NCBI GenBank assembly: GCA_964597725.1
Contig: CAZQZA010000001.1
Coordinates: 1-38,184 of the forward strand
Direction: 5' to 3'
Length of the DNA stretch: 38,184 nt
From: an uncultured Dehalococcoidales bacterium
GTDB lineage: Bacteria > Chloroflexota > Dehalococcoidia > Dehalococcoidales > JAUVZE01
Shown: piece after piece, positions 7,199-15,909 of the stretch
Layout: the number at the start of each line of letters is the position of its first letter
How positions within the stretch are numbered: the first letter of the stretch is position 1
Notes under the pieces: model-generated
Told to the model about the DNA's origin: nothing
The model's database searches: none
What the model saw: only the letters and a program-made list of their open reading frames with translations
Position numbers and translations under genes: made by a program

Positions 7199-7795
7199 AT
7201 GGCCCCATTGATATCGACGCTAATCCTTGCTGCTGGTGAATCAAGACGTATGGTTAAACCGAAGCAACTTTTGCCTTTGGGAAAGACCACTATTCTGGAA
7301 TGCACGATTGACAACTTTCTTAATTCTGAGGTGCATGATGTTGTGGTGGTACTAGGCTATAGAGCTGAGGAAATAGTTAGCCTGATAGCCAAAAGACCGA
7401 TTAGCGTGGTTGTAAATGCAGCTTACCGTGAGGGGATGAGCACGTCAATAATAGCCGGGCTAAGCTTGATAAGTGATAATGCCCAGGGGGTCATGCTTGC
7501 CCTGGCAGACCAACCTTTTATCGACAGCCAAACTATCAATTGCTTGGTGGAATCATTTGGCGCTCATGATAAAGGTATCGTTATACCCACATATCAGGGT
7601 AAGAGAGGGCACCCGGTTATCTTATCCATCAAATATAAAGAAGAGTTGTTGAGTCTGAAGGGAGACATTGGTGGCAGAGAGATAATTCATCGATACCCTG
7701 ATGATGTCCTTGAAGTGCCCGTTAACTGTGAAGGTATATGTGTCGACATTGATACCGTGGACACCTACAATCTGCAGAGAAGTAAACTTACATAA
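7199..7795 (+). CDS. MobA-like nucleotidyltransferase, probable molybdenum cofactor cytidylyltransferase (MocA-like)
   Basis: 198 aa. The N-terminal LILAAGESRRM..PKQLLPL motif belongs to the MobA/MocA NTP-transferase fold. The gene lies next to the XdhC-like ORF and near two XDH-family enzymes. Confidence 0.75.
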   Translation: MAPLISTLILAAGESRRMVKPKQLLPLGKTTILECTIDNFLNSEVHDVVVVLGYRAEEIVSLIAKRPISVVVNAAYREGMSTSIIAGLSLISDNAQGVMLALADQPFIDSQTINCLVESFGAHDKGIVIPTYQGKRGHPVILSIKYKEELLSLKGDIGGREIIHRYPDDVLEVPVNCEGICVDIDTVDTYNLQRSKLT

Positions 7796-7889
7796 AAATG
7801 CCCAGCAGCCGCTTTATGCCCCTTACTACCTAAGTTCAGTTAGCTATTTCCCTCTCCCTGAACTAATAATTTACTTCTTGTCCAATCCA

Positions 7890-8303
7890 CTAGGCTTTGG
7901 CAAATTCATAGCTAACTCTGCCGTCGGCCAGTTTCACTGCCACCGGTTTCAAAGCCATGCCTATTCTAATATCAGTCTGCCTGATGCTACGGGACAGGCG
8001 GCCAAAAACTCTTAACCCCTCTTCAAAATCAACAATAGCCAGGGTGTACGGGGTGTCATCCTCAAAGCCGGTGGGGCCATAATTTACTTCAGTATAGGTA
8101 GCCAGCTTACCACTACCCTCAATCTGGAACCACTCAATATCACTGCCAAGACAGCTAGGGCAGTCCATCTTCGGTGGGAAATATCGGGTACTGCATCTCT
8201 TGCACCTTGTTGCCATTACCTTTCCTTGCTCAAGATAGGTTACAAAATCAACAGCTTTGGATTCATCAGTGAAGCTAACGGCGCCAAATTTATCAAACCC
8301 CAT
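7890..8303 (-). CDS. DUF35 Zn-ribbon/OB-fold protein (thiolase partner, BbsA-like)
   Basis: 137 aa. It has a rubredoxin-like CKRC...CPSC zinc ribbon followed by an OB-fold. It starts 4 nt after the thiolase-like gene. Confidence 0.85.
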   Translation of the reverse strand: MGFDKFGAVSFTDESKAVDFVTYLEQGKVMATRCKRCSTRYFPPKMDCPSCLGSDIEWFQIEGSGKLATYTEVNYGPTGFEDDTPYTLAIVDFEEGLRVFGRLSRSIRQTDIRIGMALKPVAVKLADGRVSYEFAKA

Positions 8304-8307
8304 TACG

Positions 8308-9465
8308 TTACCTCCTTAAAATGGTCACATTCCCATACTGTCCGACGCCACCAATATTGTGAATCAGTCCTACCTCTGCTCCCTTTACCTGCGCCTCAGT
8401 AGCCTCCCCCCTGAGCTGGCGGACAATAGTTCTGACCTGTGAACCGCCGGTAGCACCAATGGGGTGACCTTTAGATAGCAGGCCACCGTCAACGTTTACC
8501 GGAATTTTACCGCCTATGTATGTCTCTTTGGAATCGATTAATCCTGATCCCTCACCGGGTTTTACAAAGCCAAGGTCTTCATAAGCCATTATCTCAGCTA
8601 TGGTGAAACAGTCGTGAACTTCAGCAATGTCAATATCCTGTGACCCGACCCCGGCCATGGCGTAGGCCTGCTTCACCGCTTCCTGGGTACACCTTAAACC
8701 GGTCAGCAGCTTCCTGCCAGATAATGTCATGGTATCTGTCCCCGCACCTAAGCCGATAACCCAGATTGGAATTTTACATATACTCTTAGCTGCGTCCCCT
8801 CTGGCTACTATAATGCAGGAGGACCCATCAGCATTGGCACAGCAGTCGAACTTTTTTAAGGGACTGGTTATCACCTCAGAACTTAAGACATCGTCCAGGG
8901 TTACTTCTTTGCGGTAACATGCCTTGGGATTTTTAGCACCATAGCTGGCGTTCTTAACTCTTATCTTTGCTAGTTGCTCCTCGGTAGTACCATATTTGGC
9001 CATATGTGCCCGGGCATACATAGCATAACCGGCGGGCATGATAATGCCGAAAGGTGCCTCCCAGATTATGTCGCCCCCCCTTCCCATCCTCTCCGCAGCT
9101 TCACGGGAGGTAAGCTCTGACATTTTCTGAAAACCTATCACCGCCACTATTCGGTGAAGGCCAGACCTTATTAGAGACCAGGCCACTCTTAATCCGGTAC
9201 TGCTGGCAGAACATACGCTCTCGACATAAAAAGTCGGTTTAGGGGTAAGCTCAAGGTACTCTGATATTAATCCCGACGGAGTTCGCTGTTTGTCGTATTC
9301 CGGAGCCGAACAAATTATAGAAGCATCGATGTCCTTGTTGGTCATATCCAGGCCATCCATCGCTTCCTTGTAGGCTTCGAAACACAACTCTCGGATTGAT
9401 ATCCCACACTTACGGGTAAAAGCAGTCTGGCCAGCCCCGACAATAGCAATGTCTTCCCTGTCCAT
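8308..9465 (-). CDS. Thiolase-like protein (SCP-x/BbsB-type)
   Basis: I chose the start MDREDIAIVGAGQT at 9465 (RBS AAAGGGGAG). A nucleophile-type Cys lies in VESVCSASSTG, and GHPIGATGGSQ lies near the C-terminus. The track ORF extends to 9543. Confidence 0.85.
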   Translation of the reverse strand: MDREDIAIVGAGQTAFTRKCGISIRELCFEAYKEAMDGLDMTNKDIDASIICSAPEYDKQRTPSGLISEYLELTPKPTFYVESVCSASSTGLRVAWSLIRSGLHRIVAVIGFQKMSELTSREAAERMGRGGDIIWEAPFGIIMPAGYAMYARAHMAKYGTTEEQLAKIRVKNASYGAKNPKACYRKEVTLDDVLSSEVITSPLKKFDCCANADGSSCIIVARGDAAKSICKIPIWVIGLGAGTDTMTLSGRKLLTGLRCTQEAVKQAYAMAGVGSQDIDIAEVHDCFTIAEIMAYEDLGFVKPGEGSGLIDSKETYIGGKIPVNVDGGLLSKGHPIGATGGSQVRTIVRQLRGEATEAQVKGAEVGLIHNIGGVGQYGNVTILRR

Positions 9466-9741
9466 AGCATCTCCCCTTTCAATGTTAAGTCTTCTCACCC
9501 CGGTCAGTACAGTCGTAGAATCACTGTCCAGTCTTACGTCCAAGCCAGCCAGCCTGAACCACGCTTTACAGTAAAATGGGAGGGGCTAACTGGGGTTCCT
9601 TAACCTCCTCGTACCTCATGCTTGCCGAGTCACACAGGGTATCAGTTCCGTGGATAGAATGGTAGGTTTCTGGCAAACCCTGTCTAGCTGGGTAACTATT
9701 TCCCGCTTAATTTCCAATTTCTCAGCCTACACTTACTTAGC

Positions 9742-10956
9742 TTAGTAGGCAATCTGTTCCTGTATAAGTTTATCTATCTCCTCCTTTGGTATGCCGAGGA
9801 GTTTTCCAAAAACATAATAGTTGTGTTCGCCAAGCATCGGGGCTGGCCGGCGCACCTTTCCCGGCGTCTCGCTCAACTTACAGACCACATTGGGTATCCA
9901 ATCCACCGCAGTAACCGGATGCTCCACCTCCACCAGGACCTTCCGCTTCTGGAAATGGGGGTCAAAGAACCGTTCTTCAGTATCCTCACAGACAACCGCG
10001 GCTACCCCAGCTCTCTGAAGGAGCTTCATGACTTCACCCGGTGTCTTGGTCATGGTCCATTCGGTGGTCAACCTGTCCAACTCCTTGTGGTGGAGAAGTC
10101 TCCTGTATCCGTCAGCGAATTCTTCCCTCTCCACCCACGGGGGGCTACCTATCGCCTTGCAAAAGGCTTGCCATTCCTCCTCCGTCTGAATGGCGATGGA
10201 CACCCATTTATCGTCACCCTGACACCGGTAGTTATTGTGGGGAGCCATAATGTTACTGCGGTTCCCTATGGTACCTAGTACATGTCCTGCCATACTGTAT
10301 TCCATCACTGGCTCCGGCATGGTGCTGAGCAACGCTTCAACCTGAGCCACTTCTATGTGCTGCCCCTTGCCAGTTGCCTCACGTTGAAAAAGGGCGACCA
10401 GCATACTGAACGCGCCGTGGAGAGCTGCATTAATATCGGCATAGGCTTGCTGCATTCCAAGGACACGCTCACCCTCATAGCCGATCAGGCTATCCAAGCC
10501 AGCCAAGCCGGCTAAAGAGGGGCCATAGCTCACTAAGTCAGACAGCGGCCCCTCCTTCCCCACACCAGGGAAGGAGACCATAATAATGTCATGCTTAACC
10601 TTTACCAATTCATCGTAGTCTATGCCCAGCCTTTTGGTTACTGCGGGTGAGAAATTCTCCACCACGATATCACTAACCCTGACCAAGCTCTTGAATATCT
10701 CCAGGGCTTGGGGATGGGTCAAATCAAGGGTGATACCCAATTTGTTGCGGTTTATGCTGTGGAAAAGAGGGTCCATCTCGGGGTCCCTGGTGCGGTTATC
10801 CGGCCCGAAACGCACCGGGTCAAGGCGCTTTTGTGTCTCCAGCTTGATAACCTCAGCGCCCATATCGGCCAGAAGACAGGTGCTGCGCGGCGCCGCGGCT
10901 GCCCAGCCCAAGTCTATTATCCTGTAACCTTTAAGAATTTGCTTGCGAGTTGACAT
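9742..10956 (-). CDS. Family-III CoA-transferase-fold protein (CaiB/BaiF family), paralog 2
   Basis: I chose the start MSTRK at 10956 (GAGGA 8 nt upstream). The N-terminus YRIIDLGWAAAAPRSTCLLADMGAEVIKLE is typical of the family. The position of the catalytic Asp reads S-Y-G. The track ORF extends to 11082, into the upstream gene. Confidence 0.8.
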   Translation of the reverse strand: MSTRKQILKGYRIIDLGWAAAAPRSTCLLADMGAEVIKLETQKRLDPVRFGPDNRTRDPEMDPLFHSINRNKLGITLDLTHPQALEIFKSLVRVSDIVVENFSPAVTKRLGIDYDELVKVKHDIIMVSFPGVGKEGPLSDLVSYGPSLAGLAGLDSLIGYEGERVLGMQQAYADINAALHGAFSMLVALFQREATGKGQHIEVAQVEALLSTMPEPVMEYSMAGHVLGTIGNRSNIMAPHNNYRCQGDDKWVSIAIQTEEEWQAFCKAIGSPPWVEREEFADGYRRLLHHKELDRLTTEWTMTKTPGEVMKLLQRAGVAAVVCEDTEERFFDPHFQKRKVLVEVEHPVTAVDWIPNVVCKLSETPGKVRRPAPMLGEHNYYVFGKLLGIPKEEIDKLIQEQIAY

Positions 10957-10967
10957 TTTACGCATCC

Positions 10968-12188
10968 TCATATGATGTGCATTCTCCGCATCTGGGTCAG
11001 ATCCTCCGCCGAATAGCCAAGCGTACCATAGATTTCCTCGTTGTGTTCGGCAAGAGATGGAGCCCTGCGGCTGGAGCTCCATGTCCCGTATGACATCCTG
11101 AAGGGCGGTCCTGGAGCTTTAAATGCCTGGCCATTACAGTCTATTTCTACAAAATATCTCCGGTAATTTAGGTGCTCGTCATTTACTACCTCATCCATTT
11201 TTCTTACCGGTAGAAAGGCGATGTGCTTCTCACGACAACGAGCCATTATCTCAGCTCTGGTGTGGGACATAAGCCACGGCGCAAGCAGGTTGTCCAGGAC
11301 TTCAGGGTATTCCATTCCCACCTTCAAACGATCCTTAAACCTTTCATCTGAGGAATACCATTCTGGAATCTCGCCGTTGCCAATTATCTCCAAGAACCGC
11401 TTCCATTCCGAGCCACGCAGGGCAATCATGGATAAGTATCCATCCTTGCAGGGCAAGATGGTGTAGGGGTAGGGACCGGGAGTCCGGTGTCCTTTGCGCG
11501 TCCTCTTTCGCCCGGCATAGATAAAGGCGGAGACAGCGTTAGCGGTGTGGAAGATAGCCCATGACTCCGCCTCTGAGATATCCAGATGCTGTCCCTTATT
11601 AGTCTTCTTCCGGGCCATCAGGGCGAGCATAACGGCATTGGCTGTTATGATACCGGTCTGGAAGTGCCCCAGTGAAAAGGGAGGAGCGAGCGGCTCCCTG
11701 TCCGGTTCACCAATTATAAGGCTCATCCCCCCGATAGCACTGGCATTGATGGCATAGGCTTTATAGTCCCGGTAGGGGCCATTCTGACCGAATGGTGTAA
11801 TGGAGGCGACAATAAGGTGGGGGTTTTCTCTGCTCAGGTCTCTGAAGGTGACCTTCAGGCGCCTGGCTATCAGAGGCATCATATCCTCAATGAATATGTC
11901 GGCGCCTTCAAGCAGTTTGAGCAGTGTTTCCCGCCCGGTAGCCGTTCTGACGTTCAGGGTAACCGCCTTCTTAGCTCGGTTTAAATAGATGAACAGTCCA
12001 CTACAATCCGGGTCCGAGTGGTCATCGAGGAAGGGACCACACCTACGAGCAACATCGCCTACCCCAGGCTCCTCTATTTTTATGACCTCGGCACCGAGAC
12101 CGGTGAGTAGTGACCCGCAGTAAGGGCCTGAGATATAACCAGCCATCTCTATAACCTTAATCCCCGCCAGAGGCTTCCTCTCTTCCAT
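10968..12188 (-). CDS. Family-III CoA-transferase-fold protein (CaiB/BaiF family), paralog 1
   Basis: 406 aa with an AAGGAG RBS. IKVIEMAGYISGPYCGSLLTGLGAEVIKIEEPGVGD is typical of the family. The position of the catalytic Asp reads A-Y-A. Confidence 0.8.
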   Translation of the reverse strand: MEERKPLAGIKVIEMAGYISGPYCGSLLTGLGAEVIKIEEPGVGDVARRCGPFLDDHSDPDCSGLFIYLNRAKKAVTLNVRTATGRETLLKLLEGADIFIEDMMPLIARRLKVTFRDLSRENPHLIVASITPFGQNGPYRDYKAYAINASAIGGMSLIIGEPDREPLAPPFSLGHFQTGIITANAVMLALMARKKTNKGQHLDISEAESWAIFHTANAVSAFIYAGRKRTRKGHRTPGPYPYTILPCKDGYLSMIALRGSEWKRFLEIIGNGEIPEWYSSDERFKDRLKVGMEYPEVLDNLLAPWLMSHTRAEIMARCREKHIAFLPVRKMDEVVNDEHLNYRRYFVEIDCNGQAFKAPGPPFRMSYGTWSSSRRAPSLAEHNEEIYGTLGYSAEDLTQMRRMHII

Positions 12189-12213
12189 CAGCTTTCCTGC
12201 TCCTTACATGAAT

Positions 12214-13662
12214 CTAATCCTTATAATTTACAAACCTGTCCCGGAATTCATAGTAATTGACCGCCCTGCTTATTACCCTGGCAGCGTTCTCATAGCTGCG
12301 GAATACGGTAAGCCCGGCATCGGCGCACCGCTGCCAAGCCTTAAGCACAATTTCACGACCCTCGGGCGTCTCACCGCTGGTAAGCACAAGAGCGATAGGT
12401 TTAGGCACTGTCTTAAAAATATCCAGCAGGGCATCAATGCTGTAGTTTATCCAGTCCGGGGAACCGCCGTATATGACGAAGGCTTCAGGGTTGACGTGAG
12501 TCAGTATAATATCTATCTCCGGGCTATCAGCCACAATCCTGAAGGCGTCCATATACCCCTGCTGCGCACCAGCTCGTCCCACGCCAACCTCTATGGGGTT
12601 ACGAGCCATAGAGCCAGCCTCAGTGGTTATTCTCTCTAGTTTCGCCCGGGTATCGGGGCTAAACGGGGGCACCTTCAGCCCCACTTTTTCGCACATATCG
12701 GTGGCGACTACCCCCGGTCCCCCACCGCGGCCAATTATGGCCACCTTCCCCCCATTGGGGCGGGGTTTAAGGTATTCTAGCGCCACCAGTTGGTCTACAA
12801 TTTCCTCCAAGCTATATACTCTGATGGCACCGGTTTGGGCAAAAAAGGCCTCCCAGGCCTGCTCCGACCCAGCCAGCGAGCCAGTGTGCGAACGAGTTGC
12901 CTCCCGCCCGGCCTCGGTTAGCCCAGCTTTCAGCATGACCAGGGGCTTTCCCAGAGAGAGACACCTCATCGCCAGGTTGAAGAAGCGTCGGCCATCCTTT
13001 ACCCCCTCTAGGTACAAGGCGATGAATTGGGTCTGGTCATCACCAACCAGCATCTCTAAATAATCGGTGCTGTCCAGGTCAACGGCATTGCCATAGCTAA
13101 CCGCCTTTCCAAAAAAGATGCCCCTGTTGCTACCGTACATGACAATTCGGCCAACACCCGCTCCAGTCTGGGAGATAAGTCCCGCCGGGCCACTGCGCTT
13201 AGGCAAGTTGGCAAAAGTCACCCCACTATCCGGGCAGTGCACCCCGAGACAGTTGGGACCGCTTAAGCGTATCCCTGTTTCCTCCACAATGTTTTTCACC
13301 TCTTCCTGAAGGGACTTCCCCTCCGGTTTTCCGGTCTCAGCAAAGCCCGCCGTGAACACATGGGCTATCTTCACCTCCTTGGCGGCACACTCCCGAAGAA
13401 GTCTGGGCACTAGGGGGGCGGAAACATTCAGAATGGCATAATCAACCGGCTCCTCTATAGCGGTTACTGAGGAATATATCTTCAGCCCCAGCACCTGCGT
13501 TCCCTTGGGATTAACCGGGTAGAGCCTGCCCTTATACCCGAAGTTCAGCAGATTTCCAGTCCAGCCACGCTTTTCTTTCTCCTCGTCACTAGACGCCCCG
13601 ATGACAGCAATGGACTCAGGGTAGAAAACATCCTTAAGCGCAAGCTTCACTTTCTCAACCAT
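12214..13662 (-). CDS. NDP-forming acyl-CoA synthetase alpha-type protein (CoA-binding plus ligase-CoA domains, no ATP-grasp)
   Basis: 482 aa. The N-terminus SIAVIGAS...YPVNPK is a CoA-binding fold. A phosphohistidine-type motif SHTGSLAGS is present. It is paralogous to residues 1-480 of the 708-aa protein at 26139-28265 but lacks that protein's C-terminal ATP-grasp domain. Confidence 0.8.
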   Translation of the reverse strand: MVEKVKLALKDVFYPESIAVIGASSDEEKEKRGWTGNLLNFGYKGRLYPVNPKGTQVLGLKIYSSVTAIEEPVDYAILNVSAPLVPRLLRECAAKEVKIAHVFTAGFAETGKPEGKSLQEEVKNIVEETGIRLSGPNCLGVHCPDSGVTFANLPKRSGPAGLISQTGAGVGRIVMYGSNRGIFFGKAVSYGNAVDLDSTDYLEMLVGDDQTQFIALYLEGVKDGRRFFNLAMRCLSLGKPLVMLKAGLTEAGREATRSHTGSLAGSEQAWEAFFAQTGAIRVYSLEEIVDQLVALEYLKPRPNGGKVAIIGRGGGPGVVATDMCEKVGLKVPPFSPDTRAKLERITTEAGSMARNPIEVGVGRAGAQQGYMDAFRIVADSPEIDIILTHVNPEAFVIYGGSPDWINYSIDALLDIFKTVPKPIALVLTSGETPEGREIVLKAWQRCADAGLTVFRSYENAARVISRAVNYYEFRDRFVNYKD

Positions 13663-13772
13663 CTAATTTCACCTTTCAGTCTTTCGGGTCTGTTCAGGGT
13701 AATAGTGGCTATAGCACCTCCTTCAAAGGTTTCTCTCTCGTAGATTACTGTATCAAGCTCTAATCTTTCCAT
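13647..13772 (-). pseudogene. Remnant of a crotonase (enoyl-CoA hydratase) gene, N-terminal ~32 codons only
   Basis: It translates to MERLELDTVIYERETFEGGAIATITLNRPERL..., against MEFKTVIYEKENFEEGAVATITLNKPETL of the intact crotonase at 15910-16785. DNA 13693-13751 matches 16715-16773 at about 46/59 positions, and at 33 of the first 36. The reading frame then runs into the start of the next gene and stops. Confidence 0.6.
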
Positions 13773-13819
13773 ATTTGCGATATCTTCTTCCGCCCAAGGT
13801 TGCCTATTTACCACCAGCC

Positions 13820-15859
13820 TTAAACTCTCATCGCAGCAATCGCCCCTTCGGTAATGGCATGAGCCATATTCCTGGGCTCCTTGGCATCGCCAATCACAAA
13901 AAGCTTTTCCATTGTATCTTCCATTGTATCTTCCAGCTGAGCCTGCAGGTCATTTACCGACCTCACTCCTAGGGCTAGAATCACCGCATCAGCTTCAATA
14001 AGCCGCTCCTTTTCATATAGATACCGTCCTCCCGCATCACTGACCAGAATCTGCACGCCCTTGTCAGTTATCTTCTCGGCATCAGCCTCACAGATAATCT
14101 CTACGTTCTTATCCGCAATCAATTTGCGAACGCGGTCAATACGGTTGTTGGCGAAGGCTCCAGTGTTAAGGTATGCGAAGGGGAAGTGCTCAATTATGGT
14201 CACCTTATGACCTTTTGCCGCAAGATAGCTGGCTGTTTCGCAGCCGACGGAGAAGCCGCCTATGACAGCGACCCGCTTAGCCCAGGAGATGTCAGCCTTA
14301 CCCCCCAGCACATCATGAGTAGTGAACACATTCTTAGACCCCGCACCGGGGATATCGGGGATAGACGGAGTGGCTCCCGTGGCGATAATCACCGCATCTG
14401 GCTTTGCCTTATCCACCATTTCGGCGGTGACTTCCGTCCCCATATGCACCTTGATATTATTTTTCTCCATCTGACGCACCAGATACTCTATTACCCACCC
14501 CATCTTCTCCTCTTTACCCGGCGCGGCTGCGGCCAGCCTGAGCTGACCACCCAGCTGCTGCGTCCTCTCAAAAAGCTCAACCTCATGCCCCCTCAGTGCC
14601 GCTACCCGGGCAGCCTCCATACCTCCCGGACCACCGCCGATAACCATTACCTTCTTCTTCTGCGGGGCGGGCTGGATTTCACTGAATTCCGCCTCCCGTC
14701 CCGCAGCCACATTAATGGCACAATGTGCCGGGCACTCTAGAGCCACATGCAGGAGGCAGTAGTTACAGGAACAGCATTTCCGGATATCTTCGGTTTTGCC
14801 CTCTTTGGCCTTATTTGCCCAGTGTGGGTCGGCAAACAGAGCTCGGGCCAGGGAAATAAAATCAGCCTTGCCCGATTTTATCAAGTTCTCAGCGAATTCA
14901 GGTTCTCTAATTACACCCACGCACATAACGGGTATATCCACCGCGCTCTTCAGTACCTCGGCCAGGTGTGCCCGGGAGCCCTGGGGAAAGGACATGGGTT
15001 CAATGAGCTGCATAAATCCGCCGTTTATGTGCTCCCAGCCACCACCCCCCTGGTCAATAACGTCAGCACCCGCCTCCTGGCAGGCTTTGGCATAGAACTT
15101 AGCATCCTCAATTGTGATGGAACCCCACTCCATGGCATCCTCGCCAGCAAGCCGTACACTCACTGGGTAATCCTGACCCAGCTCTACCTTTATCCGCTTG
15201 ATTATCTCAGTAACCAGCCTAACCCTGTTTTGAGGAGTTCCCCCATACATATCGGTACGCTGGTTAGCTCGGGGTGACAGAAAGGTATGCAGCAGATACC
15301 CGTTGCATGCGTGCACCTCTACCAGGTCATATCCAGCCAGCATCACCCGCCATGCTGCATCCACATATTCCCCGAGTAAGTCTTCAATCTCTTCCAGAGT
15401 GAGTGCATGGGGCGTAAAGGGCTTTGCTTCAGGTTCCAGCTTTCTCTGCAGTTCTGTATATGCTTCGGGAATTGCTGATGGGGCTACCGGCTCCTGCCCG
15501 TTCAAATCGCCCAGGGTGGTGTGTTTGCCGGGATGGTAGAGCTGAACCCCAATCTTAGCATCCCAAGAGTGGACTGATTCCACCAGCTGAGCGTGTCCGG
15601 ATATATAGTGGTCATTAGTGATATTGAGCAGGCGCCATCGGCCACCATGGCGAGTATCAATGGAAGCGGGCTCCACCATTATCAAACCTACTCCTCCCTT
15701 AGCCCGCTCAGTATAATAGTCAATAACCTTCTGCGTAATGCCGCCAACGCTGTCATTGAGATGTGTTCCCATGGGTGCCATGACGATGCGGTTTTTTACC
15801 CTCAGCCTGCCGATTCTGCCTTCCTCAAATAGATGTGGAAAGTACTTGTTTCTGGCCAT
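13820..15859 (-). CDS. Old-yellow-enzyme / 2,4-dienoyl-CoA reductase (FadH)-type Fe-S flavoprotein
   Basis: 679 aa. The N-terminal OYE TIM-barrel begins LFEEGRIGRLRVKNRIVMAPMGT. A Cys cluster CCSCNYC...C follows. The C-terminal FAD/NAD(P) domain contains VIGGGPGGMEAA. Confidence 0.85.
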   Translation of the reverse strand: MARNKYFPHLFEEGRIGRLRVKNRIVMAPMGTHLNDSVGGITQKVIDYYTERAKGGVGLIMVEPASIDTRHGGRWRLLNITNDHYISGHAQLVESVHSWDAKIGVQLYHPGKHTTLGDLNGQEPVAPSAIPEAYTELQRKLEPEAKPFTPHALTLEEIEDLLGEYVDAAWRVMLAGYDLVEVHACNGYLLHTFLSPRANQRTDMYGGTPQNRVRLVTEIIKRIKVELGQDYPVSVRLAGEDAMEWGSITIEDAKFYAKACQEAGADVIDQGGGGWEHINGGFMQLIEPMSFPQGSRAHLAEVLKSAVDIPVMCVGVIREPEFAENLIKSGKADFISLARALFADPHWANKAKEGKTEDIRKCCSCNYCLLHVALECPAHCAINVAAGREAEFSEIQPAPQKKKVMVIGGGPGGMEAARVAALRGHEVELFERTQQLGGQLRLAAAAPGKEEKMGWVIEYLVRQMEKNNIKVHMGTEVTAEMVDKAKPDAVIIATGATPSIPDIPGAGSKNVFTTHDVLGGKADISWAKRVAVIGGFSVGCETASYLAAKGHKVTIIEHFPFAYLNTGAFANNRIDRVRKLIADKNVEIICEADAEKITDKGVQILVSDAGGRYLYEKERLIEADAVILALGVRSVNDLQAQLEDTMEDTMEKLFVIGDAKEPRNMAHAITEGAIAAMRV

Positions 15860-15909
15860 GTACTATATTACCCCCTGTTCATGTTTCTTCGCCTTTTACG
15901 CACCGACGA

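Noticed and set aside
9466-9543. N-terminal extensions in the ORF track: 9466-9543, 10957-11082, 5934-5984, 4201-4239, 29863-29874.
   Set aside because: The extensions lack homology, overlap upstream genes or lack an RBS. Internal start codons with good Shine-Dalgarno sequences coincide with the beginning of family homology.
13771-13784. GATATCGCAAATAT, considered as a fourth operator copy upstream of the crotonase remnant.
   Set aside because: It matches at only 10/14 positions, and no associated -35/-10 pair lies at the expected offset.
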